Virus record (IMG/VR): IMGVR_UViG_3300045988_142515
Coordinates: 1-56,226 of that record
Reading direction: 5' to 3' (one strand)
DNA from: a virus
DNA: 56,226 bases
The translations under genes were made by a program, and so were the position numbers. The notes below the pieces were generated by a model that saw only the letters and a program-made list of their open reading frames with translations, was not told the DNA's origin and ran no database searches. Below, piece by piece: positions 44,359 through 53,713 of this stretch (the stretch's first letter is position 1; the number at the start of each line of letters is the position of its first letter).

Positions 44359-44571
44359 ATGGCACACAAAGGCTCCATGCGAGCCCAGCGCAAGCGTTGG
44401 GCGCAGTGGGAGGCGTACCGCAACGAGATGTACGTGACCGACGAGAAGGCCCTCGCTCGCGCCTACCGGGAGTACAGCCTGACCGGTGTCCTGGAGGACC
44501 CGTGGACCGGGGACCGGTACTGCCCATCCTGCGAGAAGCCCGAGCAGTACTGCGACTGCGGAGTCGCCTGA
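44359..44571 (+). CDS. small zinc-binding-like protein (70 aa)
   Basis: RBS ggagaaagg. C-terminal CPSCEKPEQYCDC. Confidence 0.6.
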   Translation: MAHKGSMRAQRKRWAQWEAYRNEMYVTDEKALARAYREYSLTGVLEDPWTGDRYCPSCEKPEQYCDCGVA

Positions 44572-44602
44572 TCCTCGCCACCCTAGCACCTTAGGAGACA
44601 CC

Positions 44603-44902
44603 TTGAGCCTAGAGGGATCGCCCTACACGCTGACCTCGACCGACGCCGTCTACGCCAACCGCGCCCTGCGCCGCCTGTACTGGGCGGCAGGCGCAACCAT
44701 CATCGTCATGATGATTCGCCCTCTGATCGAGGACGACACTGCCCTCGACATCACGTGGGGCCTTTGGATGCTGCTTGAGATTCCGCAGGCCGCCGTCTAC
44801 TGGGTAAGGGCCCGTATAGCCGGGCGCCGGGACCGCCGCGTCCTGATCTTCTCGGTCCGCGAGGGCGCCTTCGTCTCTATCCAGGAGGCAGAGGACAGGT
44901 GA
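44603..44902 (+). CDS. membrane protein (99 aa, TTG start)
   Basis: aggagacacc precedes TTG 44603. TM segments ATIIVMMIRPL and WGLWMLLEIPQAAVYWV. ATG 44486 is an alternative start. Confidence 0.45.
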   Translation: MSLEGSPYTLTSTDAVYANRALRRLYWAAGATIIVMMIRPLIEDDTALDITWGLWMLLEIPQAAVYWVRARIAGRRDRRVLIFSVREGAFVSIQEAEDR

Positions 44903-44957
44903 GAACGCTTCTGAAAGTTCTGGCATTCATCATCAAGACCTATAAAAGGAGGATCCG

Positions 44958-45263
44958 ATGAGTCGGTACGGCATCGTCAGCGCCAAGGAGATCCGGCGCC
45001 GCGTGGAGTCGTCCCCCACGGGGGACATCAAGGACGCCGACATCCTGGCCGTCAAGGGCAAGAAACCGATCTCATACGTCCCCAGCCGACGCGTCGGCCA
45101 TGCTCGGACCAAGACCGAGCTCGTCGGAGAGTACGTCCGCTACCTGACCGACATCCACGACCGACGCAAGGACTTGCTGAGGATCCCGGAGGAGAAGCGG
45201 CAGGCGTACATTCTCGCCGAGGCAGAGAAGGCCGCGGCACTGCTCCTGGGAGAGAACTCATGA
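44958..45263 (+). CDS. hypothetical protein (101 aa)
   Basis: ORF track. RBS aaaggagg. Confidence 0.6.
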   Translation: MSRYGIVSAKEIRRRVESSPTGDIKDADILAVKGKKPISYVPSRRVGHARTKTELVGEYVRYLTDIHDRRKDLLRIPEEKRQAYILAEAEKAAALLLGENS

Positions 45264-45832
45264 GCACTTACCCCTACGATATCGACAACGACAGCGCCGA
45301 CTACTCGAGGGTGCAGGCCCTGGGGCAGTACATCTCGCTCAAGCGGGGCAGCGACATCGTCGCCGACGCGATCATCTACCACGGTGACTGCTGGTGGAAG
45401 GTCCTCGGGAACGGGACCACGATGGAGAGCGAGATCCTGTACGCCGAGAAGGCCGGGAGCCCTGAGGGTAGCCTCGAGGAGGTCAAGATTCCTATCGACG
45501 AGTGCGCGCTATATCCGGCCGTTCTGGAGGGGCCTCCCCTTCAGTTTCAGGACGGCTCCCTCCTGAAGGAGTTTTGGCCCTGCTGCGGGCTGATCTACGT
45601 CAAAGATGCTCGCCGGAGGTCTGCGCAGACTGATGAGAACGAGAAGGTCTTCGGCATCTTCGCGCTTCACTACGACCCTGACGGGGATCCCTATTACTAC
45701 CCCGTTGATCAGGAGGTGCAGCCCGGAGTCGCGTCTACCTGGAGACTCGATCCGCGGTACGACCTCGTCCTCGACTGGGAGCCGATCGACGTGACTGATC
45801 TGCTGGAGAGGATGCCGAAGGAGCATGGCTAA
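45260..45832 (+). CDS. hypothetical protein (190 aa)
   Basis: ORF track. ATGA overlap. Confidence 0.6.
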   Translation: MSTYPYDIDNDSADYSRVQALGQYISLKRGSDIVADAIIYHGDCWWKVLGNGTTMESEILYAEKAGSPEGSLEEVKIPIDECALYPAVLEGPPLQFQDGSLLKEFWPCCGLIYVKDARRRSAQTDENEKVFGIFALHYDPDGDPYYYPVDQEVQPGVASTWRLDPRYDLVLDWEPIDVTDLLERMPKEHG

Positions 45833-47495
45833 GTTCGAGTTCGGGGGTCCGCCCCGATTCGCCCATCAGAAGCGCGGCCTGGCCCAGCTCATCGCCTGTA
45901 ACGGCGTCGGTGCCCTCCTCATGGAGCCCGGCACCGGGAAAACCGCAGTCACGCTAGACTACTGCTCCCTGCTGGCGCTGGCCTCGCGGCGCGGCGAGGC
46001 CCGCGTCCTCGTGATCGGGCCGCTCGCCGCCGTCGACCAGTGGGCGCTCCAGGCCCCGAAGTGGGTGAGCCCCCAGGTCAACGTCTGGGCCGAGGCCTTA
46101 GGCGGCTCGGTCATGCAGCGTGTCGAGGCCCTGCGATCCCGCGGCGGGAAGACGGTCGCCAAGCCAACCGGCGGCAAGGGCCGTGGCGCCGGGGACGACA
46201 TCCGAGCCGTCCACGCCACTAGGTCCTGGGCGCTCGCCGCTCGGCGGGACGGCGTCCTCTTGGACCGGAAGATGGCGGCCAAGGCCGGTCCGAACGTGCT
46301 GGGCGACACTAAGCCTCGCCTCGTGATCGAGGCGATTAATCTGGACACGCTGTCTCAGCGCCGTCAGGTCGGCTCCAAGACGATGGCCGACGTCGTGCTG
46401 AGCGCGGTCATGGACTTCGACCCCGACCTCGTAGTGATCGACGAGATGCACAAGATCAAGTCGGTCGCCTCCAACGCGTCCCGCCTGGCGGGACGGATCG
46501 GCTCACGGGTCGAGCGCCGAATTGGCCTGACCGGGACGGTCATCCCTCACAGCCCGCTCGACGTCTACGGGCAGTGGAGGTTCCTTGACCCTAGGGCGTT
46601 CGGCCGGGTGCAACCAAACGGCGAGCGTCGCGTGGCGACGTTCAAGCACTTCAAGGAGGACTACGCCGAGATGGGCGGGTACATGGGGCACGAGGTCGTC
46701 GGCTTCAAGAACCTGGACCGCCTGGAGGAGATCATGGGCGAGCGTAGCTCGGTCGCCATCAAGGAGGAGTGCCTGGACCTGCCAGACGCGATTGACACCA
46801 TCCTCCCAGTCGCCCTGAGCCCGAAGGAGCTCAAGGCATACGAGGACATGCGCACGAAGCTCCAGGTCGAGTTCCGTGAGGAGGACGACGTCCGAGAGGC
46901 CGGCGACGGCGGGGACGCCGCTACCGCGGCCAGCCGCCTCGTGCGGATGACGCGCCTTCGCCAGATCACGGCCGGTCACCTGCCTGACGACGAGGGGCAG
47001 GTGCGAGAGATCGGCCGGTCCAAGGCGAAGGCCGTCGCCTCGCTCATCCACGACACTCTGGAGGATGAGAGCCGCATCGTCGTCTTCGGGTCCTTCACCC
47101 ACGAGCTGAAGGCCTTGGAGGAGGAGATCGCCGACAGGCGGACCACGGTACTGCGGATCGACGGCTCCACCAAGCCAGAGGACCGGTTGGCGATGCGGCA
47201 GCGCTTCGGATCCGATGACCCGGCCAGGCTGGTGATCGTCGCCCAGATCAAGACCCTCTCGGTCGCCGTGAACGAGCTGGTCACTGCCAGGAACGCGATC
47301 TTCGCCTCCCTGCCGTGGCAACGCGACGACATCGTCCAGGCCCGCGACCGCCTCAACCGGCTTGGCCAGAAGAGCGCCACCACGTTCTGGTACGCGCTTG
47401 CACCGAACACCGTGGATGACCTAGTCTTCCAGGCCTACCAGGACCGCACGGACCTGGAGAAGACCCTCATGAATCACATCTACAACGATAGGTAA
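45825..47495 (+). CDS. SNF2-family helicase
   Basis: LLMEPGTGKTAVTL (motif I), VVIDEMHKIK (motif II), LTGTVIPHSPLDVYGQWRFLDP (motif III), QARDRLNRLGQ (motif VI). Confidence 0.85.
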   Translation: MAKFEFGGPPRFAHQKRGLAQLIACNGVGALLMEPGTGKTAVTLDYCSLLALASRRGEARVLVIGPLAAVDQWALQAPKWVSPQVNVWAEALGGSVMQRVEALRSRGGKTVAKPTGGKGRGAGDDIRAVHATRSWALAARRDGVLLDRKMAAKAGPNVLGDTKPRLVIEAINLDTLSQRRQVGSKTMADVVLSAVMDFDPDLVVIDEMHKIKSVASNASRLAGRIGSRVERRIGLTGTVIPHSPLDVYGQWRFLDPRAFGRVQPNGERRVATFKHFKEDYAEMGGYMGHEVVGFKNLDRLEEIMGERSSVAIKEECLDLPDAIDTILPVALSPKELKAYEDMRTKLQVEFREEDDVREAGDGGDAATAASRLVRMTRLRQITAGHLPDDEGQVREIGRSKAKAVASLIHDTLEDESRIVVFGSFTHELKALEEEIADRRTTVLRIDGSTKPEDRLAMRQRFGSDDPARLVIVAQIKTLSVAVNELVTARNAIFASLPWQRDDIVQARDRLNRLGQKSATTFWYALAPNTVDDLVFQAYQDRTDLEKTLMNHIYNDR

Positions 47496-47500
47496 GTCCA

Positions 47501-48685
47501 ATGAGTCCCACCCAGCGTCCCGAGGAGGACGTCATCACGGCCGAGAAGGCCACCTACTCCGCACTAACCCTCCACCGGCGATGCCCGCAGGCGTGGAAGT
47601 ACCGCTACATCGACGGCCTGCGCCGCGCCCGGTCCGAGGTCACGCCGGCCCTTGACTTCGGTAGCTGGTTCCACGCCGTCCGAGCCGCGGACAGGCTCGC
47701 CGAGGGCCGCGCCGAGGGCACGCTCAAGGTCGACCTGGAGGAGATCCAGACCACGGACACCGGCCCGACGTTCCCAGGGACCGTCTCACCTGATGAGATC
47801 ATCTCCGCCTCCCAGGACTACTGGGACCGGCTCGGGGAGACGGCTCGCGAGACCTGGCTGGAGTGGCTGGGCCAGCCCCTCCCCCAGCGTCTCGCCCACG
47901 TGTACGCCGAGTGGCGGGAGCGCTGGGCTGAGGACTCTGAGAACGAGGCCGTCATCGCCGTCGAACAGCGCTGGGAGCGGGAGATTCCCGGCACCGGCGT
48001 CACGCTCTGGGGTTATGCGGACGAGGTCTACCAGGATCGCAAGCGCGGCATCGTCGTGGTGCGGGACTGCAAGACTTCCGGCACCCTCGGGCAGGTTACG
48101 AGCCTGGACGAGATGATGGACAGCCAGGTCCAGCTCTACGCGTGGGGCCTCGGACCTGCCTGCGATGAGTGGGGCGTGCCGCGCCCCCGAGCCGTCGCCT
48201 TCGATCGCGTACGGTCCAAGGCGCCGAAGACTCCCAAGATCACGAAGGCCGGCAAGCTTTCCGCATCGGTCAAGGACTACGACCTGCGGACTTACCTGGA
48301 GTGGTGCGCCGACGGCGTCCCCTTCGAGGGGATGAAGAAAGATGGCAGCGCCGCGGGTGTCTACACGGCCGAGGAGGCCGAGATCGAGCGCCTGACCTCT
48401 CAGCAGGTCGTCTCTCAGTGGTTCGCCAAGCACCTGACCCCGGTCAGCCCGTACCTTGTCCGCTCCCACCTCCAGGCCGCGGCCGACACGTGCTCTGACA
48501 TCTCCCGTACTCGAGTCCGGGCAGATCGGCGCGGCGAGGCCCCCCGTAACTTCGGAAAGGCCGCGTGCCAGTTCTGCGAGTTCGCTGACCTGTGCCGTGC
48601 GCAGATGGTCGGGGGTCCGGGCGGGGAGTACGCGCCGGAGGAGTACGGCCTCCGCTACCGTGACCTGTCTCACCTCGGTAGGTAG
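47501..48685 (+). CDS. Cas4/RecB-family PD-(D/E)XK exonuclease with Fe-S Cys cluster
   Basis: N-terminal RRCPQAW. GYADEV...VVVRDCKTS. QVQLYAWG. C-terminal CQFCEFADLC. Confidence 0.75.
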   Translation: MSPTQRPEEDVITAEKATYSALTLHRRCPQAWKYRYIDGLRRARSEVTPALDFGSWFHAVRAADRLAEGRAEGTLKVDLEEIQTTDTGPTFPGTVSPDEIISASQDYWDRLGETARETWLEWLGQPLPQRLAHVYAEWRERWAEDSENEAVIAVEQRWEREIPGTGVTLWGYADEVYQDRKRGIVVVRDCKTSGTLGQVTSLDEMMDSQVQLYAWGLGPACDEWGVPRPRAVAFDRVRSKAPKTPKITKAGKLSASVKDYDLRTYLEWCADGVPFEGMKKDGSAAGVYTAEEAEIERLTSQQVVSQWFAKHLTPVSPYLVRSHLQAAADTCSDISRTRVRADRRGEAPRNFGKAACQFCEFADLCRAQMVGGPGGEYAPEEYGLRYRDLSHLGR

Positions 48686-48695
48686 CCTTTCAGGC

Positions 48696-48725
48696 TTGCG
48701 ATGCCCGCAGGCATACGCCTACAGT
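48696..48725 (+). promoter_or_regulatory. promoter GGCTTGCGA, 18-nt spacer, TACAGT
   Basis: -35 at 48696-48701, -10 at 48720-48725. Half-site gcatacgcc in the spacer. Confidence 0.5.
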
Positions 48726-48757
48726 TAAGTCACCACCCAACGGCGGAAGGAAATTCA

Positions 48758-49615
48758 ATGACCAGTTTCGCAGGCGTCAACATCGTTGACGTTGAGGAGG
48801 AGGCAGCCGACTACGGTCGGTGGCTGATCCTAGGGGCGCCCGGTTCCGGAAAGTCGAGTCTTGCCTCAACCGTCGCCACGATGGGCAAGGCCCTGTTCAT
48901 CGACCTCCCCGGGGAGAAGGGTACGCAGTCCTTCAAGAACGCCCCGTACGCCAAGAACATCGACGTGGTCCGCCCCGAGAGCGTCACTGCCCTGGACGAC
49001 ATCTTCTGGAGCCTGGACAAGGGCGGACACGGTTACAAGGCCGTCATCATCGACAGCCTTACCGCCCTCCAGAAGATGACGATGAGGTACCTCACAGGCT
49101 TCTCGGAGACCGCGGTGCGAGAGATCAAGCAGGGCACCGCCCCCGCCGACCAGCGCACCTGGGGGCAGGCTCTCGACATCATGACCGACACGGCAGTGTT
49201 CTGGTACGGACTTGCCGACGGGAACCGCAAGGAGCCGATGCACGTCGTCATGACTGCCCAGGTCAAGATGGTCGAGGACGAGATCAACGGCGGTGTGCGC
49301 CGCTCGCCGGACGTCCAGCGCGGCGCTCAGTCGATCATCCGGGCCACACCGAACTACATCATCTACGCCGATGTAGAGGAGGATCTCGACAACTCCGGCC
49401 GCGACGACGGCCCCTCGCTGAAGCACATTGTCCGCTTCGGCACTGACCCGGAGTACGGGACCAAGGCCCGTATCCCCTATAACCTTCGCGGGAAGGTCCC
49501 GTCCGTCCTCGGGCGCGACCACCCCGTGACTCTGGAGAAGCTCTCCCGCTTCCTCGGAGTGGGCGGAGTACCGGAGCGCAAGCCCGCCGCCAAGTCGGCC
49601 AAGACCGACGACTGA
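48758..49615 (+). CDS. RecA-like/Sak4-like AAA ATPase (285 aa)
   Basis: Walker A LILGAPGSGKSSL. Walker B AVIIDSLTAL. ATG 48758 after ggaagga. Confidence 0.7.
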   Translation: MTSFAGVNIVDVEEEAADYGRWLILGAPGSGKSSLASTVATMGKALFIDLPGEKGTQSFKNAPYAKNIDVVRPESVTALDDIFWSLDKGGHGYKAVIIDSLTALQKMTMRYLTGFSETAVREIKQGTAPADQRTWGQALDIMTDTAVFWYGLADGNRKEPMHVVMTAQVKMVEDEINGGVRRSPDVQRGAQSIIRATPNYIIYADVEEDLDNSGRDDGPSLKHIVRFGTDPEYGTKARIPYNLRGKVPSVLGRDHPVTLEKLSRFLGVGGVPERKPAAKSAKTDD

Positions 49616-49645
49616 CTCAGTAACCCAACCACCTAGGAGAACACC

Positions 49646-50185
49646 ATGGCTCTGACCTTCGACTTCACCAACTACAAGGACACCTCCACCGCCCACGTCC
49701 CGGCCGGCACCTACCACGCCGAGGTCTCGGACTTCGAGGAGACGACCTCCAAGGCCGGTAACGTGATGTTCGTCATCTACCTGGAGATCACTGAGGGCCC
49801 GCACTCCGGTAAGCAGATCATCGACCGCCTCCCGCAGACGGAGAAGGCGATGTTCCGCTCGGCGGCCTTCCTCCAGGCGCTCGGCGTCAAGATCGCCAAG
49901 AGGAAGATCGCTCTCAACCCGAAGGCGCTGATCGGCCGCCCCGTGGACATCGTCGTGGAGGACGGCGAGCCCTACAACGGCAAGGTCAAGAGCGAGGTGC
50001 GGGAGTACCTTCGCGCTACCAAGCCTGCCGAGGCCGAGCCTGCGGACGACCCGCTGGCGGGCGAGGGCGAGATTGACGAGGCCCCCTCCGCCGCTGCCGA
50101 GGAGCCGGCCAAGGCCGCACCGGCTGAGGAGGACGCTACCGAGATCGACGTGGACGCTCTGGACATCGACGACCTGGACCTCTGA
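49646..50185 (+). CDS. DUF669-like ssDNA-binding protein with acidic tail
   Basis: VPAGTYHAEVSDFEETTSKAGNVMFVIYLEITEGPHSGKQI. C-terminal tail DALDIDDLDL. Follows the Sak4-like ATPase. Confidence 0.55.
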   Translation: MALTFDFTNYKDTSTAHVPAGTYHAEVSDFEETTSKAGNVMFVIYLEITEGPHSGKQIIDRLPQTEKAMFRSAAFLQALGVKIAKRKIALNPKALIGRPVDIVVEDGEPYNGKVKSEVREYLRATKPAEAEPADDPLAGEGEIDEAPSAAAEEPAKAAPAEEDATEIDVDALDIDDLDL

Positions 50186-50196
50186 GGTCCTCTCAC

Positions 50197-50224
50197 GACG
50201 GCCCCCGCTCCAGCGGGGGCCGTC
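50197..50224 (+). terminator. 12-bp perfect hairpin (no U-tract)
   Basis: gacggcccccgc tcca gcgggggccgtc. Confidence 0.45.
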
Positions 50225-50245
50225 CCATAGACGAAAAGGAGTGAC

Positions 50246-50629
50246 ATGGCTAGCAAGGAGAGCGGCGTCGTTGACGCCATCCGGCGCCGCATCGCTCAGG
50301 TATGGCCGGGCTCGGTCACCTGGAAGATGCACGGCTCTGTCTACATGGAGGCCGGTATCCCCGACGTGCTGTGCTGCGTCGAGGGGCGTCTGATCTTCCT
50401 GGAGGTCAAGCACCAGAAGCCGGGGGAGTCCCGCGGACACGCCCTGGCCCGCACATCGGTCGAGCAGGTCCGCCAGATTCGCCGCGTGCGCGCCGCCGGC
50501 GGCGCAGCCTGTACCGTCCTGGACGCTGACGAGGCTGAGTGGGCGGTGCGCGAGGCGCTGACCGGCTCGACTCTATCGAGCATGTACCCGGTCACTGGCG
50601 CGGGGGGTGACCTCAGTGGCGAGGGCTAG
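50246..50629 (+). CDS. VRR-NUC nuclease
   Basis: GIPDVLCCVEGRLIFLEVKHQ fits the (PD...E.K) motif. Confidence 0.65.
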   Translation: MASKESGVVDAIRRRIAQVWPGSVTWKMHGSVYMEAGIPDVLCCVEGRLIFLEVKHQKPGESRGHALARTSVEQVRQIRRVRAAGGAACTVLDADEAEWAVREALTGSTLSSMYPVTGAGGDLSGEG

Positions 50630-51020
50630 GCTGACCGAGACCGAGTTCGACTTCGTGCGCCAACTGGAGTGGGAACGGATGTCCCCGGCCCAGCTGAAGG
50701 CGGCTCGCGAGACCTGGACGACCGGCTCTGTCTACCAGGATGAGGTTAACCCCCGTGTCTGGTGGGTGCGGTCCTACTCAGCCCGGGGCTCGGGCGAGGT
50801 CCGGGACAAATCCGGAGGGAAGTTCCACCACGTGGTCCTAAAGTCCGATCACGGGTACCCCCGGTTCACGTGCACGTGCAAGCACGGCCAGAATTCGCGC
50901 TGGGCGTCGTGCTGGCACGCCAAGACCGTGGCCCGCATCTACCGGATCATGGTTGACCAGATGAAGCGACAGGAGAGGGAGGACTTGCTCCATGAGTACC
51001 GCAGCAAGCGCAGTGATTGA
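50607..51020 (+). CDS. SWIM zinc-finger protein
   Basis: FTCTCKHGQNSRWASCWH fits CxC...CxH. Start uncertain (GTG 50607 or 50616). Confidence 0.6.
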   Translation: MTSVARARLTETEFDFVRQLEWERMSPAQLKAARETWTTGSVYQDEVNPRVWWVRSYSARGSGEVRDKSGGKFHHVVLKSDHGYPRFTCTCKHGQNSRWASCWHAKTVARIYRIMVDQMKRQEREDLLHEYRSKRSD

Positions 51021-51258
51021 CGATATCCCGGAGCAGCCCGACGGCGAGGGGGCCGGGGCTGGAGACGCGCTCATGGCCGCCGGCGACATCATCATCTCCA
51101 TCACGGCGGCCTGTGCCGGCATCCGTACGCGCATGACCCAGGAGCAGGGCTGGAGCGAGCACTTCGCTGAGCAGTTCGCCCAGGACCTGGCCCGCGCTCT
51201 CGTGAACCAGTCCCTCGCACCTTCCCAGGACGGGCGATCAGCACTGGAGGGGCTGTGA
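50992..51258 (+). CDS. hypothetical protein (88 aa)
   Basis: ORF track. Confidence 0.5.
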   Translation: MSTAASAVIDDIPEQPDGEGAGAGDALMAAGDIIISITAACAGIRTRMTQEQGWSEHFAEQFAQDLARALVNQSLAPSQDGRSALEGL

Positions 51259-51851
51259 CTACCGCGAAGCCGCCGGCTCCGAGGAAGCCCGCCCCCTTGG
51301 ACTACACCCGGCCGATCTGGAAGCGGCAGGACGGCGAGACCGAGGCCGCCTACGCCTCGTTCAAGGCCTACCGGGACATGGAGCGACGGCGAGTGCGGGA
51401 CGCCCCCAACGGCAACTCCTACTCGGCTCGGTGGTCGTGGAGGGAGCGCGTCGAGGCCTGGGACAAGCACATGGCCGATAACGAGGCGAACGAGCTCGTC
51501 CGCTACCGGATCGCCATGGGGGACCGCCATAGGGCTCTGGGCCGCAAGGCCCTGGAGAAGGTCGAGATGTGGCTCAACTCGCTGACTGAGGACCGTATCG
51601 CCCACATGAGCGTCAACGGGATCGTCCAGATGATGGACGTCGCTGCGCGCATCGAGCGGGAGGCTGCCGGCGCTGGGACGGATGCGGCCAAGATCCAGGT
51701 CGAGGTCTCCTCTAACCTGGCCGAGATGACGGCGTCGGCCACGACGTCGAGGATCGAGCAGCTGGTTGCGGAGGTCGAGCGCCGCAAGCGTGAGCAGGGT
51801 CTCATAGATGTGGGCCCCGCTGACGTTGAGGTGATCGACTCTGAGCAGTAA
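51255..51851 (+). CDS. terS: terminase small subunit candidate
   Basis: GTG after ggagggg. Lies immediately upstream of the large terminase gene. 198 aa with a helical N-terminus. Confidence 0.5.
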   Translation: MTTAKPPAPRKPAPLDYTRPIWKRQDGETEAAYASFKAYRDMERRRVRDAPNGNSYSARWSWRERVEAWDKHMADNEANELVRYRIAMGDRHRALGRKALEKVEMWLNSLTEDRIAHMSVNGIVQMMDVAARIEREAAGAGTDAAKIQVEVSSNLAEMTASATTSRIEQLVAEVERRKREQGLIDVGPADVEVIDSEQ

Positions 51852-51876
51852 AGTTGTCCTCGGGACATTGGGGCAG

Positions 51877-51910
51877 GATACCGCCACCCTCGGCACGGGG
51901 TGGCGGTATT
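51877..51910 (+). other. 12-bp hairpin between the terminase subunit genes
   Basis: gataccgccaccc tcggcac gggtggcggtatt, then ctgtatctatat. Confidence 0.5.
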
Positions 51911-51952
51911 CTGTATCTATATGGAAGTCCACCCTAGCAATAGGAGATGCTT

Positions 51953-53644
51953 ATGCCCCGCGTGAAGAAGCCTCTGGAGCCGTGGGAGATGACACCGGCC
52001 CAGCTGGAGGAAGAGCTGGAGGCCCTCATCAAGCGCCAGACGTGGCTGGAGAATCAGCCGAAGTGCGACCGCCCCTCGTGCGATGGGCGGCCTCACGCCG
52101 GGGCGCCGTACCCGCACGACCCAACCTACCGGCAGGCGGCCAGCCCGCTGGAGAGCGCCCAGCAGCTCGATGAGGCCTACGCCGGCCGCCCCCACATCCA
52201 GTACCTCTCCGACAGGCTGACCGAGGCCGTGCGCGCCGTCGAGGCGGGCGAGAACCGGTACATGACGATCTCCATGCCTCCGCGCATGGGGAAGAGCACG
52301 CTGACCTCGATCAACTTGCCGATCTGGCTGCTGCGCCAGCACCCAGACTGGAAGATCGGCCTCATCTCCCACTCGCCGCAGCTCGCCACGGCGTGGGGCC
52401 GGCAGGTCCGCCGCTTCGTCGAGGAGGACGGCGAGAAGTGGGGCATCAAGATCGCGTCCGACGCGGGCGCCGTGAGCGAGTGGCAGACGACGCGCGGGGG
52501 CGGCATCGTCTCCCGCTCGGCTCCGGGCCAGTCGATCACCGGTCTCGGCTTCAAGGTGATGCTGATGGACGACGTCGTGAAGGACTTCGCCGACGCTCAC
52601 AGTGAGTCGAAGCGTGAGGCCATCTGGGACTGGTGGCAGGCCAACGCCGTCACGCGCCTGGAGCCGCCCTTCCTCTGCATCGCCATCGCCACCCGCTGGC
52701 ACGAGGACGACTTCATCGGTAGGCTCCTGAACCCTGCCAAGAACCCCGACGCCGGTAAGTGGGAGAACGTCATCTTCCCCGCCATCGCCGAGGAGGGCGA
52801 CCCGCTCGGACGCGAGCCCGGCGATCCGCTCTACAGCCCCCTCGTGGAGGAGACTCGCGAGGAGGCGCTCGAGCGCTGGGACTCACTGAAGCGATCGGTG
52901 GGTTCGTACATGTGGGAGGCCCTGTACCAGCAGCACCCCACGCCGGCCGACGGGTCGATCTTCAACCTGGGCTGGCTGCGGTTCTGGACGACGGACCCCT
53001 CCAAGGTCAAGGGGGGAGACGACTCCGTCATCCTCCTTCCGCGCGAGCGCCTGGAGCGCGGACAGTGGCTCGACTCGTGGGACCTCACCTTCAAGGGCGC
53101 CTCGACGTCGGACTACGCCGTTGGGCAGCGCTGGTGCCGTCAAGGGCCAGACCGGTTCCTGATCGCCCAGCAGCGCGGGCAGTGGTCCTTTACACAGACT
53201 CTGGAGAAGATGCTGAGGTGGTGCAACGCCGGCGACCTGGACGACAAGGCCTCTCCCGGCGGGTCGTTCGTCCACCAGCGCCTCGTGGAGGACGCGGCCA
53301 ACGGTACGGCGGCCATCGACGTGCTGCGCAAGAAGGTGGCGGGCATCAAGCCGATCAAGCCCCGCTCCTCGAAGGAGGTCCGGGCACGGGCCGTGACGCC
53401 GGAGATCGAGTCCGGAAACGTCTACCTCCCTCACCCGTCGGACCCCGGCAACGGCTGGGTGAACGAGCTCATCTCCGAGATGCGGGCGTTCCCGTCTGGC
53501 AGGCACGACGACCAGGTGGACGCTCTGAGCATGGGGCTTCTCGGTCTGCGTGACGCTGGGCAGGCGTCGCTGTTCGTGCCGAAGGGGACGATCCGGCGCG
53601 CTGTGAGCGGTCTCTCACTGGCAGGTACGATTCCTAGGTTCTGA
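51953..53644 (+). CDS. terL: terminase large subunit
   Basis: Walker A-like PPRMGKSTL. Walker B VMLMDDVV. C-terminal nuclease region HDDQVDALS. ATG 51953 has better RBS spacing than ATG 51947. Confidence 0.85.
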   Translation: MPRVKKPLEPWEMTPAQLEEELEALIKRQTWLENQPKCDRPSCDGRPHAGAPYPHDPTYRQAASPLESAQQLDEAYAGRPHIQYLSDRLTEAVRAVEAGENRYMTISMPPRMGKSTLTSINLPIWLLRQHPDWKIGLISHSPQLATAWGRQVRRFVEEDGEKWGIKIASDAGAVSEWQTTRGGGIVSRSAPGQSITGLGFKVMLMDDVVKDFADAHSESKREAIWDWWQANAVTRLEPPFLCIAIATRWHEDDFIGRLLNPAKNPDAGKWENVIFPAIAEEGDPLGREPGDPLYSPLVEETREEALERWDSLKRSVGSYMWEALYQQHPTPADGSIFNLGWLRFWTTDPSKVKGGDDSVILLPRERLERGQWLDSWDLTFKGASTSDYAVGQRWCRQGPDRFLIAQQRGQWSFTQTLEKMLRWCNAGDLDDKASPGGSFVHQRLVEDAANGTAAIDVLRKKVAGIKPIKPRSSKEVRARAVTPEIESGNVYLPHPSDPGNGWVNELISEMRAFPSGRHDDQVDALSMGLLGLRDAGQASLFVPKGTIRRAVSGLSLAGTIPRF

Positions 53645-53648
53645 CGGC

Positions 53649-53693
53649 TTGCATCTCCTGACGGGGTGGACGTATGATTTCATACGTCCACCC
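53649..53693 (+). promoter_or_regulatory. promoter GGCTTGCAT, 18-nt spacer, TATGAT, embedded in a perfect 30-bp palindrome (53664-53693)
   Basis: gggtggacgtatga tt tcatacgtccaccc. Contains GTATG-N4-CATAC at 53672-53685. Confidence 0.55.
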
Positions 53694-53713
53694 GATCTAC
53701 GTTAGGAGACGCC

